Source: Heptranchias perlo (Eukaryota). Taken from it: DNA of 64,000 nucleotides. The notes beneath the pieces were generated by a model. It was not told where the DNA came from. It saw only the letters and a program-made list of their open reading frames with translations, and made no database searches. The stretch lies in NCBI RefSeq assembly GCF_035084215.1, contig NC_090327.1:68944001-69008000 (forward strand), in the 5' to 3' direction. Positions 12,770-25,122 of the stretch are shown here, in pieces. A program made the position numbers and the translations under genes. Each line of letters starts with the position of its first letter. Positions within the stretch are counted from its first letter, which is position 1.

Positions 12770-13798
12770 GGTCTAGGTTTTACTTCAAGCTGTGGAGAGC
12801 GGTGAAGGGGTGGGGGGTAACATTTCTGGATGGGAAACCCGGAAGAATGGGTTTCCTGGACGTCCTGACCATTTTGATGTCAGGACGTCTTTTAAATTTT
12901 TTCAGCAGACTTCCCGCCTGACAGGCAGCCAGATTGACAGGCTGACTGCCTGTCGGAAGGGAAAGCAGCCAGGGAGCGGATGCCAGGTGAGTCTGACATC
13001 ACGGGGATTTGGACCGGACATCAGGGAGGGCGTTAAGATCACTAGGGGGCTTTGGAGACATGGTGGGGGTGGGGGGGGCGTGTTGGACACGTGGGGTGGG
13101 GGGGTGGTCGGCGACATCGCTGGGGGGTTGGCGACATCAGGGGGATTGGGCATTGTAGGAGGGTCAGACATAGCGGGGGGCGGAGACATCGGAGGGGTCG
13201 GACATTGTGGGGGGAGTCAGACATCATGGGGGGAGGTCGGAGACATCGGAGGGGTCAGACCTTGTGGGGGGGGTCAGGCATCACGGGGGAGGTCGGAGAC
13301 ATTGGAGGGGTCGGACATTGTGGGAGGGGTCAGGGACAATGGGGGGGTAGAAGACATCGGGGTGGGGGGGCATGGATAGATCAGGGGATCGGACATGAAG
13401 GGGGAATCGACTGATCATGTGTTTCGGATCGTGGCAGGTAAGCTTGTTGGACCTGGGGGAAACACTCCTGCTCCTCCTGGCCCACATGCAGTGCAATAAA
13501 GGCATTTACCTGATGATCCGGCCCTTCTCGCCTCCTCTTAAGTGGCAAGAATCAGAAGGCCCAGGAGTTAAAAATTAAAATGCTGTTAAAATGGAGGCAT
13601 GCAGCCTCCTTAAAAGATTTTACTGACCGACCAGCCTCCTGAGGGCGGATTGGTCGCCCGCCCCCCCCCCAACCCGCCTCCATTAAAACCAGAAGTGGGC
13701 GGGTTGGAGGCGAGTTGGAATCGGGTTTTACATTTTTACAACTTTTACCTTCCCACCCGTCCCCAACCCACCCATCCTAGGGGATTAAAATTACCCCC
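12770..13798. mobile_element. Harbinger-type MITE with internal G-rich minisatellite
   Basis: Ends GGTCTAGGTTTT / AAAATTACCCCC, flanked by ATT on both sides; homologous to 35894-37378 (inverted) and 42262-43285. Confidence 0.8.
13055..13400 (+). repeat. G-rich degenerate minisatellite (about 19-bp units GGGGGGTCRGACATYG)
   Basis: Tandem units are directly visible; they explain the Gly-rich and Pro-rich ORFs in this interval. Confidence 0.85.
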
Positions 13799-16700
13799 AT
13801 TGGTTCTGTCTCCTGAGATACAAGAAAAGGGGCAATTATGGGTCAAATATGTAATTGGATCAAAGTCTTCAGAATGGGATATAGCAGATCTTTGTAGTGC
13901 AAAAGTCTTGCTACTTAAATTAATAACACAATCTGCAAATTAAATCAATGGACCAATCTGATCTGAGAGCAAAGGCTTCTTTGAACATGAGGATTAAAAA
14001 AACACCATGCCGACTTTGTCACAGGACAAAATTTAGTGAAAAACAATTTTTTTTGTTTTGACTAATTGTTAATAATTTTTCAAGAAAATATTTAGTTAAA
14101 AAAATATTATAGGTTAAGAAATGTTACTGTAAATAAAATGAGTTTTCTATACAAGGATCATGAGCTCTGATGTCAACAGGTAGTAGGCTAGTTTACTGAT
14201 TTTATTACCTGCTTATTGGCCTGGTGAAAAGCACACATTATAAGAAAATAAAAATAAATGACTGTTCATTGAACATCACAAAGAGCAAAAGAGAAAGCAA
14301 CATGTTTGGACCTGATGATCCCTAGGGAAAATGCGCTCATGCCTGTTAAAGTTCCACAGATCCTGAGGTCCACTCCCCACCAGCATCAACAATACTACCA
14401 TCGAAGATAAACCTCTTCCATTTTCAAAAAGCTGACATTCCTGGACTATTTAATGTTCATTGAATTGTGCCTTAGGTTATGGTGATTTGCATTTGGTGTT
14501 ATATTTAATTTGAAAAAACCTGCTCCTCCCAGCCAGAGCCAACTCAAATTTGTTTAGAGGTGACTGAATAATAATGTTTATAATGAGTTTTAACTTTGCA
14601 TATAATTTATCTTATTCTCTTTAAGTGACAGATAGCTTTTATGTGCATACAACTGCTATAATTGGAAACTATTGAAAACTATTTGAAATGAAATCCACAT
14701 TCTTTACATCCCTTTTACAAGATGCCATTGTGTCTTGGTTCATTTTGTTAATGAAAACTGCAAGTTTCTTCTAATCATTATTCAAGGATTTGCCAGGCAA
14801 TCTTTAGAAAATGACTTACAGTTTTGGAGGAAATAGAGCTTTTCTAAGTCTTAGCACAATGTTAAGACTGCTGTTTTAATAATACTTGTTTTGGGGCCAG
14901 TAGAAAAAAAAACTGTGTTTATCTCCCTTTCTTTCTACATGAATATTGAAATCTATGAAACAGAAAAGGCATACTGCCCACACCATGGGATCTTGCTCCT
15001 GTTTAATTTTCCTTAATTTGTGTAGCGAATAACAAAATACTCATAATGCAATTAGTGGATAATCAGGCTTGTAATTATGATAATTGCTGGAGACTTACAT
15101 CAATCCTCCAGCAAAGTGATAGGATTTCAGGGGAGCTATTAAAACACAGAGAGGGAGTGGATAAATTGATGAATGGCTTAGTTAGGCTTATGTTATTGGA
15201 CAATGTCTTACAATGTTTCCTCAAAGCAAAATGCCTCAAAGGGAGACTAAGAAAGTGAGGTTTATGAACCAGCGAACAAACATGTTTGATCTATTCTTGT
15301 CACGTAAACAACACTGGTGGACATCTTTATTTACTGTAATGAGCCCCATAATATATAAAATTTGCAGGAATTGTACGTAGAAACTGAAGCAATAGTGAGC
15401 TATTCTACGAACAGGTTTCATTAATCTGTGGCCTCTTGTGAACAACAGCGAGACATTTGTTCAAACATTAACAGATACCGCAGGGAGAATAAGTAAGGAA
15501 GACAAACTAATAGAGATTAAGCACTCAATTGGAGCAGTGCTGATGGAAAGGATTTAGTTTCATGTGGTTAAAGACCCGCTTTAGTTGGGTAGTGGTTACT
15601 GTACAGGTGTAATAATACATGCTGCAAATTTGATATGTGAATCGTGTAACATTCATCTACAATGATTGAAATAAGACAGTTGCATTTTCAATAGGCAAAG
15701 AAACTGCATTCATCTTGAAAGGTCACAGGAAGCTGATGAGAAATGGCAGACACAGAGTCTGCTCTATTCATAATGTAATCAACCCTGCTTAAAAGGGCAA
15801 CATCTGCCTGATGTGAGATTTTGAACCCTCTTCTGCTGTCTCTAATTTAATACAACAATTTGGGTAGAAAGATCGTTCAGTGGAACAGTTTTGTTCTTCA
15901 GAACACGGACAATGTTGATGAATTTGATGGCCGTGTTGGATCTCTAACTTTTTTGTACATCAACTTAATTATAAATTTTCACTGCAATTTGCAACAAAAT
16001 TACCATTAGTTATAATCTTGAGGTTTTTTGCTGCAAACATCTGTTCCAAACTCGATTAATAAAACAAGATTTTATTCCATTTTTTTACTTTGTAAATATC
16101 CTGGAAATAAAATCAAAGGAAAAATTCAGTAGAAACCAATTTTACCCAGATTTTTTAAAACTGTGGAGTCCTTGTGCAGTGACACATGATTGCACATTCA
16201 TGTGAGAAATTATTCACAAAACATGAATAATTCAGGTCCCAGATGTTCTCTTTAGTGCACTTTAGCAGAGAAAGGAGTTTCTTTTCTCTAATTTTGTATG
16301 ACACCATTGCATCTGATTTTAACACATCTATCAGGCTATTTGTTGCAGAAAAGTCCAAAATCATAACATGGATTTCATACACAGACAAAATAAACAATAA
16401 AAAAATCTTGTATGTAGTGTGTCATACCTTATCTGTGAATGTCATTGTTTAAATGAGAATACCAGACTTTAAATATATATCTGACACTTTGATGGTTGGC
16501 TGAAATAATCAAGATCTGATCAGCTAACAATTCTGATTTGCTGAAATACCTGTTTGCTATCACTACCAATCAGAAATCAGGAACCAACTACAATAAAAAT
16601 CAATCATTTAAGTTATTCATATAATTTTTTTAAAGTTACAATGTTGTCTTCTGATCCATCCTACCAGATAACACCATTTAAAAGATAATAAATTAATTAA

Positions 16701-18540
16701 AAATTGCAGAAAACTCTGCACCAACTTTCATGTGGAGAAACCTAACCTTCTCTCTGGGGCCAAGAGCTTGAGTTCTACTACATTCCTGGAGGTATCAGTT
16801 GAATAGAGGATTGTCACTGCTCGAGGATCAGCAGACTTGTGAGAATCTGGGTCACGTTGGTATGCCAGCCCAATGGGGGTCAAGGCTGCACTGGAAGTCC
16901 AGCAGGAAGTTGGTATTGCATTGGAAAGCTGGCCAAGCAGCAGTCAGGTGCAGAATGAGCAACAGCACAAGAAATGCTAATACAGTTTCTTTCCATTGCC
17001 ACGTTCTACTTACTAGCCTAAAAGTGATCATCAGTAGAAAATGAAATGAAGATTTACTCTAATATATGTAGTTTTCCTACATATTCAAGAGTTCAAGAGT
17101 AACCAAACATTGTAAACAAAGACCTTACCTGGTTTAGTCTGTGAGAAAGGTATTGTATATTACTGCAGTTTTATGGAGATTTTCATTGTATATCCAATTT
17201 AGAGGGAGCCATAAATACTTACATTTGATTAATAAAACTTATTTCCCTGAACAGTACAGGATTTGCCGACTTGCATATGAATATATTACATAAAAACTGA
17301 GAAAGTACAGAGGATGTACTAAAATATTACATACTTTGTATTGCTTTAACCCACTCAACAGTTTGATGAGGACCTGTTGGTATTGCAGGTATTTTACACC
17401 AATATTTTACATAAATTATACTGATTTAGGTTAATACTATCCTTATTCTTATTCAAATATAAATATATATTTGTGCCACTGAAGAAATTAATTGCGTTAG
17501 CTGTAAGCCACTCCTACTCATTCGCAAATTTTATTTCTTCACAAGCCTTTCAGGTCAGAAAATCATAAGAGCCTCATAAATATAAATTATCTAATATGTG
17601 CATTATACAGATGAAAATGATAATAACATGTATGTGTATACATCAATTTGGTGTAAAAATATGTAAGCTTGGCACTCCTCTTTTAATGTAAAAGAGGCAC
17701 ATCACCTATATTTTAGCATATTGAACAACCTGCAAATAAAATGAATGGTTTTGAAATATACAATTTGCATGAATGTGATTTCATTAACTGGAATTAGAAG
17801 CTATGAGTTTCACAATATACCTGTAATAATGATTCTTTAAAACTTCTTAAGCAGCCAATGAGCCAATGAACTAATATAAATGTTGAAAAATAGTTGACAG
17901 GGCACTCGACTATGTCCGTCCTATTTCCTGCACTTCTGCCCTCACCCCTTTCCCTCCCTCCCAGAGCCATGATAGGTTCCCCCTTGTCCTCACCTTCCAC
18001 CCCACCAGCCTCCACATTCAACATATCATCCTCCACCATCTCCGCCAACTCCAGTGTGATCTCACCACCAAACATATCTTCCCCTCCCCTTTCAGCATTC
18101 CGAAGGGGCCGCTCCCTCCTCGATACCCTGGTCCACTCTTCCATCACCCCCAACGCCCGCTCTCCTCCCCATGGCACCTTCCCGTGCGAGCATAGGAGAT
18201 GCAACACCTGCCTTTTCACCTCCTCCCTTCCCACTGTCCAGGGCCCCAAATACTCCTTCCAACCGAAACAATGGTTTACTTGTACTTCTATCAATTTAGT
18301 ATACTGTACTCGCTACTCACAATGCGGTCTCCTCTACATTGGGGAGACCAAACGCAGATACAATTTTTTTGGACAGCAAGTGCTGGTAACGGTTCTGATG
18401 TTGCCATTTACAGCTCCTCTAGACCCATCGTTTGTTTCTTTAATTGTCCCATTACCACCCTCCTTGCCTTGCACTATCGTCCCTTTTGTCATTTCATCAC
18501 TCCTGCCCTTCACCCTCTCAGAGACCTTCCATTTTGTTTT

Positions 18541-18690
18541 TTGGACTCTAGGGGAATCAAGTGATATGGGGATCGGGCAGGAAAGTGGAGTTGAGGTTGA
18601 AGATCAGCCATGATCTTATTGAATGGCTGAGCAGGCTTTAGGGGCTTGATGGCCTACTCCTCCTCCTATCTCTTATGTTCTGATGTTCTT
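18541..18690 (+). mobile_element. CR1 3' tail nested in the Penelope element
   Basis: GATCAGCCATGATCTTATTGAATGG...GGCCTACTCCTCCTCCTATCTCTTATGTTCT. Confidence 0.85.
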
Positions 18691-18760
18691 TTGTTCTTTC
18701 CTCTCCCGCTTTCCCTGGTTCTGTACTTGCTCAAGAACTGTTTAATCTTCTACAGCTTCC

Positions 18761-18797
18761 AGTTCTGACGAAGGGTCATCGACCTGAAACATTAACT
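18761..18797 (+). ncRNA. Minimal hammerhead ribozyme motif (Penelope-type, probably decayed)
   Basis: AGTT-CTGACGA-(A)-GGGTC atc GACCT-GAAA-C-A-TT-AACT: core boxes, stem II and stem I (AGTT/AACT) are present; stem III reads ACAT rather than palindromic ACGT. Confidence 0.65.
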
Positions 18798-18939
18798 CCG
18801 TTTCTTTCTCCTCAGATGCTGACTGACTTATATTTCCAGCATTTTCTGTTTTATTTCATTCATTTAAAGTTAGTATTCCAGAAGTCATTGTAAATAAAAA
18901 CATTATAAAAAGCCAAGGCAATAATTGAATTAAAGAGAC

Positions 18940-19379
18940 AAAAGGGAAAAGAAAAAAAAATCTTTAATTTTTAAAATTTTTCTTTTAATGATGAAAAACT
19001 ATTAAAATAAGGAGAAATATGAGACTCCACATTTTTAAAATTTAATTTTTAGATGTTTTGCAGTCAATAAGATTAAGCACGCTTTTAAAACTTAATTTAG
19101 ACCTTGTATTTTTAAGTGTAACTTTTGCTGGCGTAATTACTTGCTTTCTAGTTGGGCAGATGAGCAAGATTGCAATTTTTTTAATGATGTCTATGATTGC
19201 ATCGTGCGATGGCACTTTAATTCGCAGCTGTCAAATCACCAGTGAACCAATAGGAGCAAGTTCACGATTTCTGCATTTTAGTGCACATGTGCAAACACGG
19301 AAACTTGCTCCTTCGATTCTCCATTAAAAACGGAGAGCGCTGTTGAGCTCCTCCATTATTTCGGAGCAATTTCTAGTCC
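18940..19379. mobile_element. Decayed MITE (right end)
   Basis: Ends GGAGCAATTTCTAGTCC, resembling the GGNNTAGAAATT TIR class; the left end is not found. Confidence 0.4.
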
Positions 19380-19948
19380 ATTGTGTTTTTCTTTTCCAAT
19401 CTCAGCCTTGCTCGTATCTTGCATTATGAAACTTGCCTTCACTGTAGTTTTTTTTATTCTTTAAATATTTAGCATTGGAAGAAACAAGCGAAGAAAGTTT
19501 CAAGCAATATTGGTTGGGCTGCTATTGTACTCCATAAGGTAGTTATAGTGAATTCGTATTTTTTTTGTATTGACTGCATTTGCCAGAAATATGAGCCAAA
19601 TGTTCATCATGGGATAAAAAGGAAAAAGAAACCTTCAAATGCTGGAAATCTGAAATAAAAGTCGAAAATGCGGGAAATACACAATGGGCATAATTTTAAC
19701 ATGGCGGCGGGAACTCAGCGGTGGTGGGGGTGGGGCATGCATAGTCTCATGGCAAACCTGGAGAAATGTTCTGTCCGTCAGCTCGAGCGATCGCAACTAA
19801 ATTGAAGGCCTTAACGTAATTTCCGGGTTCCGGGTCTCCAAGCTGTGCAGCGGGCGTACTGCACACCTGAATGGTGTGTTGGGAACTGGAGTATATAAAG
19901 AGCCATTGCAACCATGGATTTTGAAGGAGAAAGGAGGAATGTTCAGAG

Positions 19949-21790
19949 ATGCAGCATCACAGGTGTACGGAAGCACCCCATTTTAGTGACTCCTCTCTTC
20001 AGTTGCTACTGGCTGGTGTGAGGAGCAGGAGGGACATATTATACCCGGCTGACCGGAGGAAGCGCCCTGCTTTTAAAACCAAGAAGGCCTGGCTGGAGGT
20101 GACAGAGGAGCTGAGCAGCAGGAGCTCAGTGGCAAGGTCTTGGGTACAGTGCAGGAAGCTCTTTAATGGCCTAACCAGGTCAGGAAAAGTGAGTACAGTT
20201 ACTGATTGACCTACATCCTGTGGTGTACATTATTCCCCCTTTCATTCTGTCCTACCAGGCCTACTCCATTACATCACTCCTCAAACACACTTAAGTCCCA
20301 TTATCAATTTACCTTCACTTTCTATGCACTTCCTCACCTCCCTATTTGTGAACCCGCCACTGCCACTCACCCCAATCCTGATGTAATGTGATGAATCTGT
20401 CTGATAGTCTGGCCCTCTGTTGCACCTGTTTCATTGTCAGCCTCACCCAAAGCCATGCATCCATCAGGTGACCACGTCATCTTCACTCACTCACACGTTT
20501 GGTTTTTCTCCCCTTGTAGAAGAGAGTGCAAAATCCACAGGAGAGGAGTAGGACTGGAGGGAGCCCACCACAAATAGTGCCCCTGACAGAGGTGGAGGAG
20601 GAGACGTTGGAGCTCAGCCACACGGTTGAATGCCTGGCCATCGGAGATGGTGAGACTAGCAACCCGCAAACAGCCGGTGTCAGAACTTCAACATCCTTCA
20701 CACACATCATGAATTCATGTTACCAATAGTTGACCTGTTGCGCACCTCAATATGCTCATTGCAAACTAACTTCTGTGATGATTGTTAATATTGCTTTATG
20801 TTCTTTTCCAGGGCCATCAAGGATTGATGAGGAGGCATGCGCCATGGAAGAAGACAATTCCTCAGAGGAGCTCCATGCCTCTGAGAGCACACTGTCACAT
20901 CACATCCAGCTATGCACCACTGCAGATACTCATACTTTGGTGGGTTCTGTTAGGCAGATAGTTGAGTTGCCATCTGGTGACTCAACACTCACAAATGCGC
21001 ACAAGCAGACACTGGTGGCAGGGCCAGCTGTGGAGAGTCCACGTCGGGGGGCGCACTCCTTTCCATGCTCTGCTCAGCTGGACCCAGATGATGAACCCCA
21101 GGGAACATAGTTGAGAGTGAGAATGATCGACGGACAGCTCCACCTTTGCAGGGTAATGGAAAAGGTGTCACGCACTCTCCACAATAGCGGATAAGATGGA
21201 GGAGTCCAACTCCATTGCTAGTAGATTGGTGGCGCAGGTAAGTGCGGGAATGTCTACGATGGAGAGTGTGGCAGCCTCCATTGAGCTTCAGGGATGGCTC
21301 TCAGATGAGTCCATGCAGGCCAGGACAATGGCCGTGTGGACTTTGGATGCCAACATGTCTGCTGCTTTAAACAGGCAGACAGAAACTTTATCCATGGCCT
21401 TAGATAGTGCCACATCTGCTCACCAGCCTGCTGTTCAGCAGAGTGGTGGGAGTGATGTTGTGCTGGCCAGGGAGAGGGATGATGGCGAAAGGAGACATGG
21501 AAGTGGGGACTCTACTCAAAGCGCTCCCACGCCTCACCCGTTGCCCCCCCCTCAACCAGTATCCGCAAAGCGGCCTCCTTGCCAGATGGCCATGTCTTCC
21601 CCTGCACAGGTGCAGGTGGAGCAGTCTTTGGTGGGGCCCTCACGGGCTCCAAAACCCAGAGTTCGTAGGCTAAGAGCATTTAAGCAGTCAGGGCAGGGAT
21701 CTGAGCAACCGGCCACTACCTCTGCTGCAGCAGCAGAGAATGCACCACGTAGAAGCGCTAGGAAGGGAAAGGCAAAGGTTTTCTATTCAC
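19949..21790 (+). pseudogene. Harbinger Myb/SANT-like DNA-binding protein gene, 3 exons (19949-20188, 20520-20676, 20812-~21790)
   Basis: APHFSDSSLQLLLAGVRSRRDILY...KKAWLEVTEELS...RSWVQCRKLFNGL and ERSRTGGSPP. GT-AG introns in phases 0 and 1; TAG at 21108 and a frameshift before the 21196 ORF; basic tail RRSARKGKAK. Confidence 0.82.
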
Positions 21791-22111
21791 CAGGGTTTGC
21801 TCAGGGGTGTCTGATGGAATATCATGTTTTTCATTTATATTTGTTTTTTGTTAAATGCACATTAAATGTTATAATTGTCACCAACACTGCCACGTTTTGC
21901 CCATTCTTGAGTCCCTTTTGTGAAAGCACCCTTTCATGTGCTTCATAATGAACGCCAAGACTTGATGCCACCCATTGGGCGCGTGTACAATGGTGTATGT
22001 GGTTGAAAGACTGTTTTGTGCAACCTGGGGAGGTGGGGGGCTGCTGGTGATGGTGGTGGTGTTTGTTCCAGGCGGTCTGAGTAGTTCACTATCTTCAGTT
22101 TGCAGATCTCA

Positions 22112-23200
22112 TTATGAGAACCTGTTAGATATGAGTGACTCCATGGAGTCACGAGCAGCCATGTGGGCCGCTGCTCTAGTGATGGGTTTCCCATCTTCGT
22201 CGTCCTCCTCCTTCTCCTCTTCCTTCTCCTCTTGCTCCTCATCATCTTTTTCAATGTTGCCAGCAGATGAGGATGCTTCATGGGCGCATTCGAGCTCCTC
22301 CCCTGTAACCTTCTGCTGATGCAACACATGACTATTATTCTACACACCCTCGCTGGCGAGTACTGAAGGGCTCCCCTAGGTCAATCCAGGCTCCTGAAGT
22401 CCATCTTCAGCACTCCTATGGCTTGTTCAATGGTAGACCTGGTAGTGATGTGACTCGTTTGACCGCCGCTGTGCCTCGTTGGTGGGGTTTCTCACAGGTG
22501 TCATCAGTTACAGGGGGTATCCCTTATCTCCAAGGAACCATCCCTTAAGTCTGTCATGTGCGTCGAAGAGGGCCGGGATGTTGGCCTCGTGCAAAATGAA
22601 GGAATCATGGCAGTTGCCAGGGAATTTGGCACACACCTGTAGAAACCTCTTCCGGTGGTTGCAAACCAGCTGCGCATTGATGGAGTGATATCCCTTTCAG
22701 TTGATGAGCATTCCTGGTTCATATAGAAGTCCTCGGATTGCTACGTGTGTGTAATCAATTGCACTCTGCACCTGTGGGAAGCCAGCTAGAGAGTTGAAAC
22801 CCACTGCCCTCTCAGTCTGGCAGATGTCGTTGCAGGGGAAGTTGACATACTCAGATGTTCTGGCAAACAAGCATACACTTATGTGCAGACGACTGAGAGA
22901 TCCTGGTGATGTCACCGGTGGTGCCTTGGAAGGATCTGGAAGCGAAGACATTGAGGGCAGAAGTTACTTTGACTGCAAGGGGCAATCCATGGCCATCAGG
23001 CCCAGCCGGGAACAGCTCTGCATGAAGGAGCCTGCAGATGTCTGCGACCACCTGGCAACTCAATCTGCATCTGCGTAGGTACTGCTGCTCAGGGAGGTCC
23101 TGGAAGCTCAGCCTCTTCTTATAGACTCACCCAGTGGGTAGTGCCTCCTATGACCTCAGCCCCTCTGTTGGTCCCTCTCTGCTCTCCTGCAGGTCCTTGT
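22112..23200 (-). pseudogene. Harbinger DDE transposase, frameshifted
   Basis: LPLAVKVTSALNVFASRSFQG, AGFPQVQSAIDYTHVAIR, GYHSINAQLVC, FPGNCHDSFIL, WFLGDKGYPL, and an acidic C-terminal tail. Confidence 0.9.
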
Positions 23201-23206
23201 GGACCT

Positions 23207-23338
23207 CTCTCTCTTGTTGGAGATGGTCATTGCCTGGCACTTGTCTGGCTTGAATGTTACTTGTCACTTATCAGCCCAAGCTTCGATGTTGTCCAGGTCT
23301 TGCTGCATGCGGGCACAGACTGCTTCATTATCTGACTC
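23207..23338 (-). mobile_element. LINE-B (CR1-group) RT fragment
   Basis: Near-identical to 40608-40735 (MQQDLDNI..ADK.QVTF.PDKCQAMTISNKRE). Confidence 0.85.
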
Positions 23339-23645
23339 AGCCTCCACAGCTTTTTGGGGTAAAGAATACCAAAGATTCACGAACTTCTGGGAGAAGAAAT
23401 TCCTCCCCATTTCCGTCTTAAACGGGCGACCCCTTATTCTGAGACTATGCCCTCTAGTTTTAGATTACCCCATGAGGGGTAACATCCTCTCAGCATCTAC
23501 CCTATCGAGTCCCCTCAGAATCTTATATGTTTCAATAAGAGCTCCTCTCATTCTTCGAAACTCCAATGAGTATAGACCCAACCTGTTCAACCTTTCCTCA
23601 TAAGACAACCCTTCCATACCCAGAATCAACCTAGTGAACCTTCAT
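23335..23645 (-). mobile_element. CR1 ORF2 C-terminal fragment
   Basis: Closely matches 60165-60400 (YEERLNRLGLYSLEFRRMRG region). Confidence 0.88.
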
Positions 23646-24923
23646 TGGTGATCTCGTCCTCACCAATCTAGCTGTCGCAGATCCATCTGTCTGTGACAAT
23701 ATTGGTAGGAGTGACCACCGCACAGTCCTTGTGGAGACGAGGCCCCGTCTTTACACTGAGGAGACCATCCAACGTGTTGTGTGGCACTATCACTGTGCTA
23801 AATGGGATAGATTCAGAACACATCTAGCAGCTCAAAACTGGGCATCCATAAGGCGCTGTGGGCCATCAGCAGCAGCAGAATTGTATTCCAGCATAATCTG
23901 TTGCCTCATGGCCCGGCATATTCCTCACTCTACCATTACCAACAAGCCAGGGGATCAACCCTGGTTCAATGAGGAGTGTAGAAGAGCATGCCAGGAGCAG
24001 CACCAGGCGTACCTAAAAATGTGGTGCCAACCTGGTGAAGCTACAACTCAGGACTACATGCATGCTAAACAGCAGAAGCAACATGCTACAGACAGAGCTA
24101 AGCGATTCCACAACCAACGGATCAGATCAAATCTCTGCAGTCCTGCCACATCCAGTTGTGAATGGTGGTGGACAATTAAACAACTAACGGGAGGAGGAGG
24201 CTCAGTGAACATCCCCATCCTCAATGATAGCAGAGTCCAGCACGTGAGTGCAAAAGACAAGGCTGATTGCAACAGCATCAGCCAGAAGTGTCGAGTGGAT
24301 GATTGATCTCGGCCTCCTCCCAATATCCCCACCATCACAGAAGCCAGTCTTCAGCCAATTCGATTCACTCCATGATATCAAGAAACGGCTGTGTGCATTG
24401 GATACAACAAAGGCTATGGGCCCCGACAACATCCTGGCTGTACTGCTGAAGACTTGTGCTCCAGAACTAGCCGCGCCTCTAGCCAAGCTGTTCCAGTACA
24501 GCTACAACACTGGCATCTACTCGACAATGTGGAAAATTGCCCAGGTATGTCCTGTCCACAAAAAGCAGAAGCTTGACAACATCCACGACAAAGCAGCCCA
24601 CTTGATTGGCACGCCATCCACTACCCTAAACATTCACTCCCTTCACCAATGTTGTACCATGGCTGCAGTGTGTACCATCTACAGGATGCACTGCAGCAAC
24701 TTGTCCAGTCTTCTTCAACAGCACTTCCCAAACCCGCGTCCTCTACCACCTAGAAGGACAAGGGCAGCAGGCACATGGGAACAACATCACCCGCACATTC
24801 CCCTCATAGTCACACACCATCCCGGCTTGGAAATATATCGCCGTTCATGCATCGTCGCTGGGTCAAAACCCTGGAACTCCCTACCTAACAGCACTGTGGG
24901 AGAACCGTCGCCACACAGACTGC
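23646..24923 (+). mobile_element. LINE-B ORF2 with large internal deletion
   Basis: VWHYHCAKWDRFR..QPWFNEECRRAC..KAMGPDNI..WKIAQVCPVHKKQ joined directly to KLDNIHDKAA (RT core missing, compare 39872-41985). Confidence 0.9.
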
Positions 24924-25122
24924 TTCTGCTTTTTGTGGACAGGACATAGCTGGGCAATTTTCCACATTGTCGAGTAGATGCCAGTGTTGTAGCTGTACTG
25001 AAACAGCTTGGCTAGAGGCGCAGCTAGTTCTGGAGCACAAGACTTCAGCAGTACAGCCAGGATGTTGTCGGGGCCCATAGCCTTTGCTGTATCCAGTGCA
25101 CACAGCCGTTTCTTGATATCAT
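24921..25122 (-). repeat. Inverted duplicate of 24372-24572
   Basis: About 200-bp reverse complement sharing private variants (RLCALD, YSTMW) and the deletion junction AAAAAGCAGAAGC. Confidence 0.88.

Larger units (their letters stand above)
17895..18860 (+). mobile_element. Penelope-like element 3' part (GIY-YIG endonuclease remnant plus terminal repeat)
   Basis: GTFPCEHRRCNTC...FTCTSINLVYCTRYSQCGLLYIGETKRR; terminal CTGACGAAGGGTCATCGACCTGAAAC...CAGATGCTG...CCAGCATTTTCTGTTTT. Confidence 0.9.
19686..23205. mobile_element. PIF/Harbinger transposon, near full-length, right end lost
   Basis: Left TIR-like GGGCATAATTTT; convergent Myb/SANT (+) and transposase (-) genes; truncated by LINE fragments at about 23205. 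Confidence 0.88.

Noticed and set aside
12792-13414. Gly-, Pro- or Arg-rich ORFs (also 42714-43305)
   Set aside because: They are translations of G-rich minisatellites inside MITEs.
13462-13475. MITE core ACTCCTGCTCCT identical to the CR1 3' stem motif
   Set aside because: Only about 12 low-complexity bases with no flanking homology, so a shared origin cannot be supported.
16427-17320. Small minus-strand exon candidates (GTATGA and GTAAG donors at about 16427, 17128 and 17222)
   Set aside because: The longer candidates have stops in all frames, and such motifs are expected by chance in AT-rich DNA.
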